Source of the DNA: Paramecium tetraurelia
Taxonomy: Eukaryota
Length of the DNA stretch: 64,000 bases
Reading direction: 5' to 3'
NCBI GenBank assembly: GCA_000165425.1
Contig: CT868671.1
Span: forward strand, 191,027-255,026
In this document: in pieces, positions 41,101-54,870 of the stretch
How positions within the stretch are numbered: position 1 is the first letter of the stretch
How the letters are laid out: each line of letters opens with the position of its first letter
Program-made: the position numbers and the translations under genes
Notes under the pieces: model-generated
Database searches by the model: none
Seen by the model: the letters and a program-made list of their open reading frames with translations, nothing else
What the model was told of the DNA's origin: nothing

Positions 41101-44066
41101 AATGAATAATTGAATAAAAAGGTAGATGAAAAAATCAAATAAATGTAAGAGACCTAATATCAAAACAATTATAAAAGAATTCAAACCAAATTTGATAATA
41201 ATCAAGGAGAAGCTAGTGATGATAATCTTAGTAAAGATGAAATTATCAAAATGAAAGGATAATTTATATTAGAAGGCAAAGTTAATAATGGAGAACCCAT
41301 AACATTTCATATGAAAATATCTGATCAATTTATGACAGCTTGTAAACATTATTCTGATTCCAAATACAAGTTATATTAAATTAAAAAGTAACAAGACGAT
41401 GTAAAATTATATCATTATTTAAGCATGTAAAACAAGAAGAAAAACAAGATTAAGAAAAAGAAAATAAAAAAGCAAAGGTTAACGAATCCAAGTAATTAGT
41501 CAAATAAGGAACCTAACAAAGAGAATTCAAAAAGAAAGCTCGTTTGATGTTTTAAAAAGCAGCAGAAAGGAGAAAGAATGATGAAGACAGAAGTTATTAT
41601 GAATTGATCAAGGAAATATATAGGGATATATTGAAAAACCAAACTAAAGTTAAATCTTATAAAGTCATTTGCACTATATCCTTTTATAAAATTAGAGATG
41701 AGAGAATTGGTATTATGAAAGTTACCAACATTTAAGAAATCTTAAAAAATAAAATCAGACCCACTGCCAGAAAACAATCATAAATGTTACAAAAAGGTTA
41801 TTCAAGAGGTATGTTGAATTATTAAACTGTAGAAATGTCTCATTTGCGTAGTATCTAGAATATCGATGGACCAAAATATATGACAATGACGAGTGATGGA
41901 GAAAGTAAAATAATATCTCCTCCATTACCGTATTCTACATAACCAAATTCTAAGAGTAATATCAAAATTAATAACAATAAATCACATGGACTTGGGTATC
42001 AATTATAAAAAGAGGAGAACTTGGAAGATCCAGATGATAAGGATGCTTTAGTCAATTTCAAGGGTTAACCTAAAATGATAAATTGGGAAACCTTTTAGAA
42101 TTAATTTAAAATGTAATAAGGCACACAAAGTTTTTCTCTTAATGTTCTTGACAATATTTTTAGAAAGGAGGACAATAACAAACCAAGAAAGTTCTTAGTG
42201 AAAATATCATATTTGAGTTGGTTTCTCAGATTCATGTACATCACCATTTTGACCTTTAATCTAATCACATACTTTCTTAAACCTTATACTGTAATTATTC
42301 AATTATTTATATTTTAGGATTTTGGACCAATTAAGAATCAATCTTCAAGAATATTTCAACTTTCTTAAATGCAAACATATTTAATTGAAGCATATGACAC
42401 AGTGATGGACATCTTGTTATATAAAGATGCTAATTTTTCAACCTTATTAGTCAATGGAGTTGCTTTAGGATCATAGAAGGAATTCTTTTCTTATCAAACA
42501 AAATAAATTGATTCTGGTTATGAGTTTATCAAATAGCAAATGAATGATCTAGATTAACAAGACACATTTCTAGATGAATCTACTTTTTTTAGTAGTTCTG
42601 TTGTTGATGAAACTATTTTTGATATTTAAGGTGTTCCTATCACTCTAGATTATAAGGATGCTTTTACTAAGGTTATTTTGGTAGAACATCAGATATCCAT
42701 CATGACAGCAGAATAATTAATTTAATTGACTGACAGCAACTCTCTTGTGAAATACATTAGGAAGGTCACAATACCTACTATATACGAAGAATTAAATACT
42801 GCAATCATAATACTTTCAGAAATGTTGAATGATAAATCTAACTCTATGTCTGATTTTGTAATTACCGTCCTGATTATGGAATCATGTATTTTTATTATTG
42901 GCTTTTTTGGATTGTTGTTGATAATAGTGTGGATATGTCAAACTTTTAAGGCTGTATTGAAAATGTTTATTATGATTAAGAAGAATGATCTTAATAAAAT
43001 TGTCAAATAACAATCATTTGTATAGACTTAATTTCAGTATATTTTGGCAAAGGATGATGAGATATCAGGAGTCAATCCTCAGTATGAGAAAAAATTTATT
43101 AATAACAAAACTAATTACTAATAATAACAGAACTTCTTGTTGATCAATGAAATTGAAGATTAAAATATAATGAAGAGAAAAGAAAAAAAGATTCTAGAAA
43201 AACAGTTACTTAGAAAACTTACAATCAAAATGTCTTTTATTTACATATTATTTGTTGTGGTTTCTTCATCAGCTTCATTATTGTTCTTTTTGACATTAAG
43301 TGATTCATCAAAAAAAATAACATAGATAATTTCTATTGGCTAAAATTCTATATTTGATTTTAGTGATAGTTAGCTATTATTAGTTTCTGTAAAAGAAAGA
43401 TTCTTTAATACTGAAGAGTATGACTCATAATGTTTACCTACTATTAGGGGCATTTTAGAATCATAACTTTCAAATATCAATGTTGCCCCATCAATAGATA
43501 ATCCAAATTATGGTAGCTATTATGATAGTTTCCAATCGATCTACTTCAATAATCTATGTTTATACCTTTATGAGAATTCATTTCTTGATGATGTAGCATA
43601 CAAAGATTGTGAAACAATGTTGAATGGAAAATTAAAGCAAGGAATAGTTGCCTTTAATCAATTATATTCTTCAGTAACTCAAGGTATTTATAATATATGA
43701 AATTTAGATTATGTTTTGAACAAAGAATCAAGATTTGGTTAAATTAATCTAGAATCTATTTGGCAGTATAATGTAGCTATAGATTATATAAAATCGGCAT
43801 TCAAAGTGCTTTTAACTAGTTGGTCTCATGATTTGGGATCTCTGATTGATGAGGACTATACTTTAATATTGGTGTTGTTAATAGTGATGGTAGTGTTTTA
43901 ATTTTTAGTGTTTATAATTGTAGCAGAGATGTACTTAGTTAATTAATTAAATAAAACATTTTAGTTTTACAGAAAGATTTATAAATCCTACATGCCTAAT
44001 GATATCATCCAAAAAGAGAAGATCATAAGGGCTTCACTAATAAGATACAATATAATAAAACGATGA
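38174..44066 (+). CDS. Multi-pass membrane PAS-domain protein (TmcB/TmcC-like)
   Basis: N-terminal TM bundle; helical TPR-like region (LLILYARFMFYKF); PAS IIKVNKQFTKIFGYTREEV...LMPDIYSKVHPSLL...CIHKTGYMF (~40290-40500); C-terminal TM pairs ending YMPNDIIQKEKIIRASL. Confidence 0.85.
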
Positions 44067-44090
44067 CTAATATTATTATTATTTTATTTA

Positions 44091-45119
44091 TCACCTAAAA
44101 CCTCCATCCTCAACTTATTAAATTGGTTGCATTCCCTCTTTGATCTTATTCAAAACATTCAATTTCCATTTGTCTAAAGGTATGATCTTATTGAAATCAA
44201 AGCTGTTATTACTATATGATAATTTACCATTCATCTGAAAACATCTACACATTATTATTGTCAACAGCCTTGATTAGATTAACAACAAATTTATATTATC
44301 TTGCCGAGGCAAAACTGGGATCTTTGTCTAAGTATCTCTCAAGGGCAATTCCACATCCAACTGAATCCTATTTAAATTGATTTTTGATATAATTTACATT
44401 GTTGCATAAATAAAGTAAACATGATTTAAAATATAGTTCTTTGGCACTTGGAGCTGTTAATTTATTTTCCATGTACTTGTCACCAATTTCTTCGAAAATC
44501 TAATTAATAAAACCAAGTAAAAACCTTAATGGCAGCGATCAGATCACCAGTGGCATTTAACGTTGACAATTCTGCAACCTTTAATCTCATTTAGTTATAT
44601 TCGGATGTTCGTTTCCCATCTGCCTAAAATAGGTCTGCAGCTTCTTGATAAGCTTTGACTGCTAGATGGAATTCAAACTCGGATTCATAAATTTAAGCAA
44701 TTTCCTTCTTATACCTTGAAGCATTGTCTAACCTATTCTCATTAGCATAATGTTCTATTGCTTTCTCGTACAATTAGATTGATTCTATACTCAAAATTAT
44801 ATTAGTATACCAGCTTTATTTACATTACTTATTGCTTTGGCTGCTTCAATATAAAAATCACCGGTTTCCCCAGATTTCAGAGTTTAATCACAAGTAATAC
44901 AACGCTAATATGCTTCACATGCTTTTTCCCATTTTTTGCCCAATTTATATTGTGTTGCTGCTGACTTATACAACTCAAGAGCCTTTTCTGCTCTTTCTCC
45001 TTTTGATCCAAAAATATTACCAAATGTTGAGCCTTCATTTATATGAAATATCTACCTTTTAGGGCTTTGTCTCCTTTCATCATAAATTCATCACCTTTTA
45101 ATACATAATTAGAATCCAT
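44091..45119 (-). CDS. Alpha-soluble NSF attachment protein (alpha-SNAP/Sec17 family)
   Basis: KGDKALKG|STFGNIFGSKGERAEKALELYKSAATQYKLGKKWEKACEAY; C-terminal FNKIIPLDKWKLNVLNKIKE. Confidence 0.9.
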
Positions 45120-45129
45120 ATATTTTTAA

Positions 45130-46170
45130 ATGAAATAATAATGGAATGATATTAACGAAGATGTTAACATGATTACTATACTAAAATCGAAATTTAAACA
45201 GACCAGTCCTACTCAAATCTGTATTGACATTTAATACTAATGAGATTACTAGTCCTACGATCAGGAAGGATTGTTGCTTAAAGACAAGATAGTCTACAAA
45301 GGAATACTTCGGAATTACACTTTTGTCTTATAACGAAAAGAAAAAAACGAATTCATACTAGACTTTAATCAATACCCTATTTGTATTTCATATAATGAGA
45401 TTTTAGAATTATCCATACTTTCCAATGATGTCTTTTAATTATCGGTTTTAAGTTATTAGTTTTAGTTCCAATCTCTCACCAATAGCAAACAATGGATTCT
45501 CTCACTCAACTACTATATTAACACATCCAAACCTTACTGTTTTCAAACCCCTTTACCTAATTTCTTCCTTTAGCATACAATCCCCTTTGATATTTTTGAA
45601 AAGAGAGCTGAGTCCTTGGATTTACTGCTCTTTAAAAATAAATCTATAGCTTGCTAACTCTAAAGATTGATAACAAATAGTGAATATGGTAACCCCAATA
45701 AAATTATTTAGATCATGTTGCTCTACTTTTAAGAAATAATAAAAATCTTCTTCATGTATTTGAAGCCAATAGCGACGACGGTGTCTGCATATACACTTGG
45801 GATGCCCTGATGTAGAGTAATTTTAAAGATTACGTAACACAAATTAGTTTTAGATAATTATACACTAAGAGGGACATGACATTGCTCTTAAAATTATAGG
45901 ATTTCGTTTATAAGAATCATGGCAAGAAATATTCAGCCAACATAATGAAGCTTTGTAAGAAAAGATCAATCACGGGAGTTGAGAAGGAAAACTATTTTTG
46001 CTCAGAATTGATAGCTGCATGTTATAAACATATAGGAATAATGGAAAACGATATATCATCATGCTAATTTTGGCCCAGTATTTACTGTATTTAATTAATT
46101 AGAGGACTTTGCAGGTAATATAAAATTAACCAACGCTTAATTAAGTCACGAGATTATAATTTTTTAATGA
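45130..46170 (+). CDS. Permuted papain-like (YaeF/YiiX, peptidase C92-type) enzyme with N-terminal PH-like region
   Basis: DLLLFKNK...ITNSEYDHVALL (His codon 45714) and YFCSELIAACY (Cys codon 45999); alternative start ATG at 45169. Confidence 0.8.
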
Positions 46171-46659
46171 TTTTCACACTATTATTTGAATAATAAAATT
46201 AATTTATCAAATATTTCATGTTCTACTTGTTAAATAATACATTTTTATCAGCAAATATGTATTTTATAAACAACATCTCTAATTTATTAATTTTAATTCT
46301 TAAATTATATTTTACAATTTTAAGTATATCACTTAATTAAATCTTCTAATTATTATTGTTAAGCTAAATATAATAGATGTTCTACAATTGTATGAACACT
46401 CAAAATAATTTAAAATTCTGTCATCTAAAATTAGTTACTATATCAATCTGAAAGGAAAATTCTATAAGAGATTAAATTTAACATTAAAATTTCGAAACAT
46501 AAAGTTCTACGATTTAAGAGATCTTTTTTATATTGACTTATATAATTAAATCAGGATCAATAATATAGTAGCTCAGTCGTTTTTATGTTAATTATATAGG
46601 AATTTTTATTGATTAATAATTTTTAATAAGATAGATTATCATTATTTTGCGTTAATAAA

Positions 46660-48099
46660 ATGGAGTAAATGAACAAGTACACATTAAAATTTAAAGCCAA
46701 AGAAATCGAGGAAAAATATTAGGCTTAGTCATAGTCAAAAAATCTAAAGCCCTTATTTTATGCTTTGCTTATTATGGCAATGTCTTTGAATATTTTTTAA
46801 CTGGCCATAAATGCATAGAGGGATAATTTAGCGATCCCCTATATAAATATGGGATTTATCATTATATGTCTAGTTGGCTTATACGTAATGTACAAAATAG
46901 AGGGTTTAACAGCAAAGATTATAACTATTACTAATGCTTATTCTTTGTCATTATAATACAATTTTTCTGCTAATACTCAAGCCTAGGAATACTATTTATA
47001 TGGTTGTAACTTCTCGCTAATATAGGCTGTGATATACTTTTCAACTGATTTTCATTTAAGTTGCCCCTCTCTCCTACTGCACATAATTTTCCGATAGACA
47101 TCAACAATTTTATTAACGAATAAAATAGATATTTAGAGTTTGTCATTATCTATGGCTACAGCTATTTTAATTACATGTGTTCTTTATATGTGTAACAAAG
47201 CTTATAGAATACAATTTTTAATGAACTATTAATAAGATACTATTAATAATTAGTTGCATAAATTAATAAATAAACCTTTCTCAAAGATATGGTTCAACGA
47301 GAAGAAACTTCAAATTGATGTTTAAACAACTGCTTTCTATGAATAATTTGAACAATATACAAGTGATTTATGTACTGGATGCAATATCAGAAGTTTTATT
47401 AGAAGTTGTGAAGTTAACAATATGACATTGGAACAAGCGTTAATAAGTGGCTAGGTTAAATTTTACGAGACTTTTGAAGTTAAATTACAAAGAAAGAAAA
47501 TTAAGATACGTTTATGTTAATATAATATAGATAATAGTATAATACTAATTTAAGAAAGTGTTTAAAAAGATCCCATTCAATATAAAAAGGTTTCAAAAAG
47601 TTTCTAGTAATCTCTATTCAAATAATTTAATGCCATCAGAATGACTCCATAAAATTAATAGTTCAAGTTTGGAACTCTATCACTTTTAATGTTAAGATAA
47701 TTTTAAATAAAAACTATTAACATAAGGAAATTGATAAGGCATTTAATGTCTATCTATTTGACATCTAAGAAAGTAAGATTAAATTTTAATGGAGATTATA
47801 CAATAAAGATAAGAACTTATGGACATTTAATTAAAATATTCTTAATATAAGTTTTTTGTATTTTATAAGATTTAGAATATTAACAAAACTATTTAGAAGA
47901 AATAAATATTTTGAATTTGGAAACATACATGCAAATTAAGTTAACAATTATGGACTAGTATCCTTTTTATCCACTTTATTTGAGGAACTATTTTATTGAA
48001 TAGACAGCTCCTTATTTACTTTTAAATCCATTAACCTACAATTTGGAGTTTTAATTTAGCAAAATATTACCATTTAATGATTTCAATGTAGAATGTTGA
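46660..48099 (+). CDS. Multi-TM protein, 479 aa, intronless; resembles a degenerate sensor-kinase architecture
   Basis: MEQMNKYTLKFKAKEIEEKY followed by ~5-6 hydrophobic helices and a soluble C-terminal domain; single uninterrupted code-6 frame. Confidence 0.7.
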
Positions 48100-48775
48100 T
48101 TTATTGGTTAAAAATTAATAAAATATTCACTTATATCTATTTTTTTATAATATAATCTTTCTTTATAAAATTGTAATTATATTACTATTAGCTATCATTT
48201 TAGTGAATGATATAATATCTTATTAGATTTCCGAATACTAGCGGCAAATTACATTAAGTTCACGCGAAGTAATTATAATAACATCTGCAGTGTTTTTAAA
48301 TCATAAATTAATAATAACTTATATTTTAGTATTTAGTAAAATGTATTGTAATCTTAAAGTTATTTATTTAAATTTTTGATCAATTGAAACTATAATAGTC
48401 ATTAAATAATAAAGTGGAATTGTTAGGTACTTATTGATAATATTTTCTTTACATATTGTTGCTTATCAAAAATACTAATGGAACAAAATACAAATATTTT
48501 AATATTGAAAGTTTAGATCAATAATTCAACTATATTTATACAAATTGAATTTTGTTGTTTATTGGGTGTAACAATTCTTAAGAATGGTACTCAACACATT
48601 TAATCAAGGGCTTTTATTATAAAAATATATTTATATATATCAAATATAAATTTTAACGTAATATATATCAAATTGATGTTGTTTTTTAATAGTATGAAAT
48701 ATTTGGTATGAATTTTGATTAGAGTAGTGAATAATTAATATATAATTATAATATATGAATAATTAGCCTGTTTAT

Positions 48776-49692
48776 ATGTCTGCTGAGCAAATCAACGCTT
48801 TATTCCAAAGGGACTCGACTTTTGAGATGAGAGATGATAGAATTAATTCATTTTAGAACGATTTCAAAAAAAATGAAGTATGGGATTTTAAGTTAGTTAA
48901 GACTTTGAAGTCTGAAAGTGTTGAATGCGAAGAGAACAGACCAACAAATTAGAGCGAGAGCATGATGATGAGTAAGAATTATTTGGCTTAAGGCTTAAAG
49001 TAACTAGGGAAGAGTACCAGGGTTTATAGTAAGAATATGACAGACGCAAAGATATGGAAGAGAAATATAAAGAAGATATCAATAGATTAATGAGGGAACT
49101 TAAACAAAAGTGCAGCGAATTGGATTGTATGAAAAGAGAACATGAGATTTTTTTGGAACAGAATCAAAGACAGCAGAATGTATCCTTTATTAATAAATGA
49201 ACAGCAACACTTTAGAATCTGAGACTGTAGATTCAAGAAGCCAACAACAGAGAGTAGAAGGCTGTTATTGAATTGGGGGAGTTGTATGAATAGAATATGT
49301 AAGTGAAACAACAATTGGAGATTGTCCAATAGAAGTATAACAATTTATAAAAGCAACACAAATTTGAAATTGATAGAAAGGATAAACAAATCGATTAATT
49401 TAAAATTCAAATCATGCAACTCAACGAGGACAATGAAAGACTAAAGGCGGAACACCCTACAGGATTTCTCAATCTCGATTCTCAGAGAGTTTCATAAGAT
49501 AAAACACAAAATCAATGGGCCTAATTTAATTCGAGTGCTTACAAAAGCAGTATATAATTTTAAAAGGAAAAACCAGTTACTCAACTTTAGTTTAAGAGCA
49601 ATTACGACTCCAAAGTTATTTTCGGAAAGAAGTCTCAAAATACATTAAAATACCAATAGTCACAATAAGATTTGTAGCCCAAAGGATTGTGA
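48776..49692 (+). CDS. Coiled-coil hypothetical protein
   Basis: MSAEQINALFQRDSTFEMRDD...; E/K/Q heptads; one short intron near 48878; ends QPKGL-TGA. Confidence 0.7.
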
Positions 49693-49894
49693 GTCAAAAT
49701 ATTATATATAAAATTTATATTTTAATGGCTCCCAACAACAATAATTTATATGTTGCACAATTTATATAATGCTAACCTAATCTCTATAACTCGAAGTGTT
49801 GACATATGATATTAACACTTATTTAAAAAGTCTATAGAAATCCTATTCTAGAATAAATTTAAACTCTATTATAAAGCAAACACTTAGATATTAT

Positions 49895-50789
49895 TCAATT
49901 TGATTTTTCTTATTTTGGCTTTGTTTCAACCGTTGATATTATTCCAAATTCTACTGAAGAAGTGCCTTTTTTGGAATCAAACGACTCGTCAACTTGTTCT
50001 ATGTTAAAAAAATCAAGTCTGCTTGAAACAAATTTAAATGGAAATGAGTTTTCACATTTTTTTTAGAATGCCTTAAATAATCCATCTAATTACGCTTGAT
50101 AATCTAAAAGAGAATCCATCGAAAAATTAATTTTCTACAAACGAAAAAATTGTAGCTCCTACTAAATCCAATCTTGGAAAAACAATAAAATTCATAATCA
50201 AAAAGAAAAGAGCAGGTAGATACTTCTATTGGAAGTTCAAAGAAAAACATAAGAATTTCTATGTTTCATCATCGTCATTTAGTGCTCTAATTTAATTTTA
50301 CTCTATGTTACCTTCTCATCTAATAAATAAATGACAGATTCCAAAAGCCAAATGAATTTGCAATAAGCATCTCCTCATCTAGATAAGAAAATCCAAAGCA
50401 AAATGCTACAAAAATGATCTATAAATCAAATTTCTTAATTACTTGGATGATTAGATTTTTGATAAATATATCTACAAAAAATTAGACTGAGCCAAACTTT
50501 TTTTCTGTTTATATAGCAAAATATAAAAATCCCAATAAGCTGATAGCTAGGTTCTAAATATTGCCTAATTCCATTATATTCATAAATTACCATGAAAAAA
50601 TTAAGGAATGAGAATCCTCCAAAATTAATATTACAAAATAGTTTTCTTTGGTATATTCACAAATAATGTATAATAGTATTCCTCATAGTAGTAGTCTATC
50701 AAGTAGCAAATTATGCTTATAAATAACACAAACTTAGTCCCAAAGGAAATACTATTCCATATAGTTTTTAGATTATCAATTAATGTCAT
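49895..50789 (-). CDS. Rhomboid-superfamily pseudoprotease (Derlin/RHBDD-like)
   Basis: WR motif QFWRILIPQFFHG and EKKFGS; the expected GxSG is replaced by SFGFWN and the TM6 His region reads RLDLVGA. Confidence 0.7.
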
Positions 50790-50829
50790 TTTATTTATTA
50801 TAATAATTAATATATAATTTTATAGCCCA

Positions 50830-52024
50830 TCATGGGGATTTGATGCTGAATGCATTTATGTCAAGAATGTTACATAATTAGTAAACGATACTTGTTACGC
50901 AATGTAAATATGATAATCCTGAGAATACTAATAAGGCAAAGATCAATTTGACCTCATCAATATAGCAAAGACCATCCTGAGTAAAAAATTAGCTTATCAA
51001 ATTCAACATAATTGACCCCAAAGTTATAGCCCAAGATAATGAAAATTAACTGAAAGTCTATATAATTAATATACCATAATTACTTCTTTAGTGATGATTG
51101 CCAATTGCCATAGGTTAATCATTTTTGACCATTACAATCCAATAGTCAAAACATAAATATGGAACCATCTTGATAACACAGCAGTTGGCGATAGATAGAT
51201 TAAACTAATGAATGTTATCATTAAAGTAATAGGTAATGAGAGACTACTTACAATTTTCAAAATATTCCAATTCATCTTCTTGAATACAGGATAACAAAAT
51301 TAAATGATGGTAGCAATACATCCAAAAATTGTAATTGCAAGCAAGAATGTATTATATTGAATTGAAATTGTGCTTGTAAGTTAAATTTCATTTAGCCAAA
51401 ATTATGACGACACGAATGCAGTTAATACAAAAAAGAATTATAATGTTGGCAATCCTTCATCAACTCCATTAATTACGCCTAACTAAAATACTCCTGTGTG
51501 TTATTGACAATAAACCCCAAAGTAAAATCCTAAGAAACTTACTCCAATTGCGGTTAACATATTGAATGGAGTAAATGCAATTTTGAAAGCATTAATATAC
51601 AATAAGCCAGCAATCCAAGTAGCAGTACAATCGCTGCCGTGATCCATTAACATTCCCAATGCAGTAGATTATTTTGTTCTTCTGGCTTGTTTCCCATCAG
51701 CATTGTCTAATGTTTAATATACAAAAATTGTCCAGGCTATATACAAACTTGCCCATTATGGTAAATCTTAATCGAACATGGGATTCAATATGAATATCAA
51801 AGCAAAAGATGTTAATAAATTGCAGAATCCTGTTATTGTGATAAGATTTGGAGCAACTGTTGTTGGTAATTAGTCAACCTGAAATGTATTAATAGTATCA
51901 TTACCACCCATTAAGCCATATCCCCCAAAAACCAATTATATAAAATTGAAAGATTCTGGCCACTGTATTTAAACCTTCTCAAATTTTCATAATACTATGG
52001 ATTCACATAGTTTTTCAATAGCAT
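50830..52024 (-). CDS. Choline/ethanolamine phosphotransferase (CDP-alcohol phosphatidyltransferase family)
   Basis: LRRFKYSG, VAPNLIT and the signature LDNADGKQARRTKQSTALGMLMDHGSD. Confidence 0.92.
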
Positions 52025-52179
52025 TTTAATTAATTAATTAATTAATTACTACCATAAAATTAAATTAAAAATCAATAATTAGTCATTGAATTAATCAAAT
52101 CCTACATTAAGAATTATAATGATAAACTAATTTAATAAAGATTTTATTGATTTATAGTACTAGTTTTAAATAATGCAAA

Positions 52180-53571
52180 TCATTTAGTCATTAATTTTTC
52201 AATTTCTTCATAATGATTGTACATTTCCCAATAAGTAATGAATCCTTTTCCAAATAGATCAATTTCATGATAGAGGCTAAATTAAAATGATAATTATTTA
52301 CATTTCTCCCTATATTCTATCATTCATTTCATTGATAAAATTGTCCATATTCACATTTCCATTAAGTTGATTAAACAACTCCTTAATTGGATTAGGGTGT
52401 GGTTCCTTCAATAAACATGTTTCTTTTAAGGTCTCTCCTAAATCCTCTAAACTAATCCACCCATCTTCATCAGAGTCTGCCAATTTAAACAAAGAATCTA
52501 GATCTAGTTGTGCATTTGGAATGGCTATCTTTGCATTTTCCATTAGCTAATATAGATTCAACCTTTTAGTAAATCTGTGATGAACTAAATAGGTGAATAA
52601 TTCTTCAGCAGTCACACCTCTGATTTCTAAACTCTTAACAAGTTGAGAAGGTTCAGTCTTGAGAGTCGTTAAATTTTATTTTGATTACTCTTGCTCAATT
52701 TATAGTTGTGATTCATACACATTATCTTATTTTACATGATAAGTTGGTTATTAAGGAGTGAGTATATTTCTCCAGTCTGTAAATAAATTTTAATATTCTT
52801 CATTTACCATTTATTTATAATTTAGACTAATTAATTAAGGAATTATGTAAGTCTCCTTTGAAACATAATGTTTATCCTATTGAATGTATTGCTATATTTC
52901 TGCTGCATTATATTGTAAGATGCATTCACTTCTCTAATCACTTTAATTTAGAGGGGCTTAAGAAACAATGGTTTAGAATTCCATTTTGACAGGAGTCAAA
53001 TCATCAAAAAATGGATCGACAACTGAATTCGCTGTATTAAATACAATTTGCTATTCTTATGGCTTAACTTCCTATATTTCATCAAGAATCTTAAATTCTT
53101 CATTTTCCTTTTGTTCTATTTGACTATCCAATTTTTCTTGCTTCCTGAAGGATTCCATTTTTTTGTGTGATTAATCTTCCTTTTATTTCTTCCTAAAATC
53201 TAGATTAGATCGACTGGGCGATTTGATTGAAGGGTTTGAACTCATGGATGTATTCCATTCACATCTCTCCTTTGATTTGACTTTCCTCAAAATAAGAGGA
53301 GCACCTTGTACTTTTTCTGGAGATCCTTTTTTATCTTTAAGGAACTTTCTTAATTCTTATTGTAAATCATTGAGATCATTTCTCCTTCTATGTTTAGCTA
53401 CTAGTTCAATGAGTCTCACATTTTCATCCTTTACCATCTACCTTAATTATAAACGATCCTCCTTCATAATTTCTAGACTAATAAGCAATTATTCATACTT
53501 GTACATTTCTCAATCACTTATATCGTTTCCAATTATTCATTTTTCCTTGACTTATTCGAGACTTTGAGCAT
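52180..53571 (-). CDS. EF-hand-containing protein
   Basis: One code-6 frame runs from MLKVSNKSRK through 52810 into LFKLADSDEDGWISLEDL (canonical EF loop) and a degenerate EF loop DLFGKGFITYWE. Confidence 0.75.
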
Positions 53572-53902
53572 GTTTAACGGATAATTAATATATAAAAAAG
53601 CTAAATAAAAAATCAAACTATTCCAAATAATTGTTATCTAATTCATATTATTTATAATTCCCTCTAAAATCTATATATAAAGATTCAAACAATCATTTTG
53701 TTTATTCTTTATTTTAAAAACACTCTATATTTTATAATAGAGTATATCTATCGTTTCTGATGTTTATAAAAGTGTGCTTACTCTATAATAATAGTTTGTG
53801 CAATTATAAATTAGGAAGAGAGAGATTGAACATTTACTAAAACAACTCTTGAATACCATATTAGATAATTCAAATTAATTATTGGATATCTATAGATTAA
53901 AA

Positions 53903-54554
53903 TCATTTTTTTGTTTTCTTTTATGGTTTTGGAGATTCATCCTCACTTTCCTCATCATCATCTTCCTCATTTTCATTAAACTCAGAATCACTTCCTATAC
54001 CATCTTGATCTCCTCCCTCTTCCTACTATTAATAAAGCATTTTACATCAGAGTATTCAATTTCTTCTCCCTCTTGATTTTTATTGTCCAATACTTATAAA
54101 TTAGGTAACATTTAAAAGATTTTTTAATGATATCCTGTTTGCTATTCTACTTTATTGTCAGATAAATCCAATTGTTATAATTAAGGTAGGTTTGAAAGTA
54201 CACGCAATTCCTATATTAAATCTAAATTCATACTTCAAATGATTTGATTTGGTTATCCGCTAAAGATAAGCAGACTAATTTTTTAAAATTCTCACTAATA
54301 TAATTTAATGCTTTGAAGTCTAGACTGTTGCCCTCCAAAATTAATACCTCCAATGAATCCATCTTTGGTAAGCCTTCTAATGTTTTGAGTCCACAACCTG
54401 TAATTGCAAGGCTTTATAATTTTGGATGCTTTTTCAAATTTTCTGTAATCTCTGGCGTAAGTTACTCTATTCTAATTTCAGATATATCTAATTCTTCCAA
54501 TTATCCCTATTCCTCTGCTTGCTTGTTAATTTGATTTATAAAAAGTTCTGCCAT
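53903..54554 (-). CDS. ANP32/LANP-like acidic leucine-rich repeat protein
   Basis: LRRs (LQSLAITGCGLKTLEGLPKMDSLEVLILEGNSL), LRR-cap IFQMLPNLQVLDNKNQEGEE, acidic tail and terminal basic PKPQKKTKK. Confidence 0.85.
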
Positions 54555-54870
54555 TTTAATTAATAAAATTTGTTAAATCAAAATATCTAAAGTACATATA
54601 TTAGCCAATTAAAATCATTTTTGAATTACTCATTATTCGATTCAGATAATTAATACTATTAGTAAACAATATTAGACCTTTTATGATTGCAATATACATT
54701 AAATATCATTAGTAAACTTCAATCTGTTTATTATAAAAATCAATTAAAATAACACAACCTAAAACTATTTCAAAGTATAATTGACGAGTCACTGATCAAA
54801 TTATATAATAATAATGAAAGAATTAAGTGATTTATATTGTATACATATAATAAATTAATATTGGAAACCA

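Noticed and set aside
41401..41550. Apparent frameshift or premature TGA in the large PAS gene
   Set aside because: Removing the 23-nt intron 41401-41423 restores an open frame
48225..48295. Slightly GC-richer island considered as a snoRNA or other ncRNA
   Set aside because: No convincing C/D or H/ACA boxes or stable stem seen
52808..52860. Possible gene boundary making the EF-hand ORF a separate gene starting at ATG 52810
   Set aside because: The upstream frame from 53571 reads through without TGA, so it is modelled as one gene
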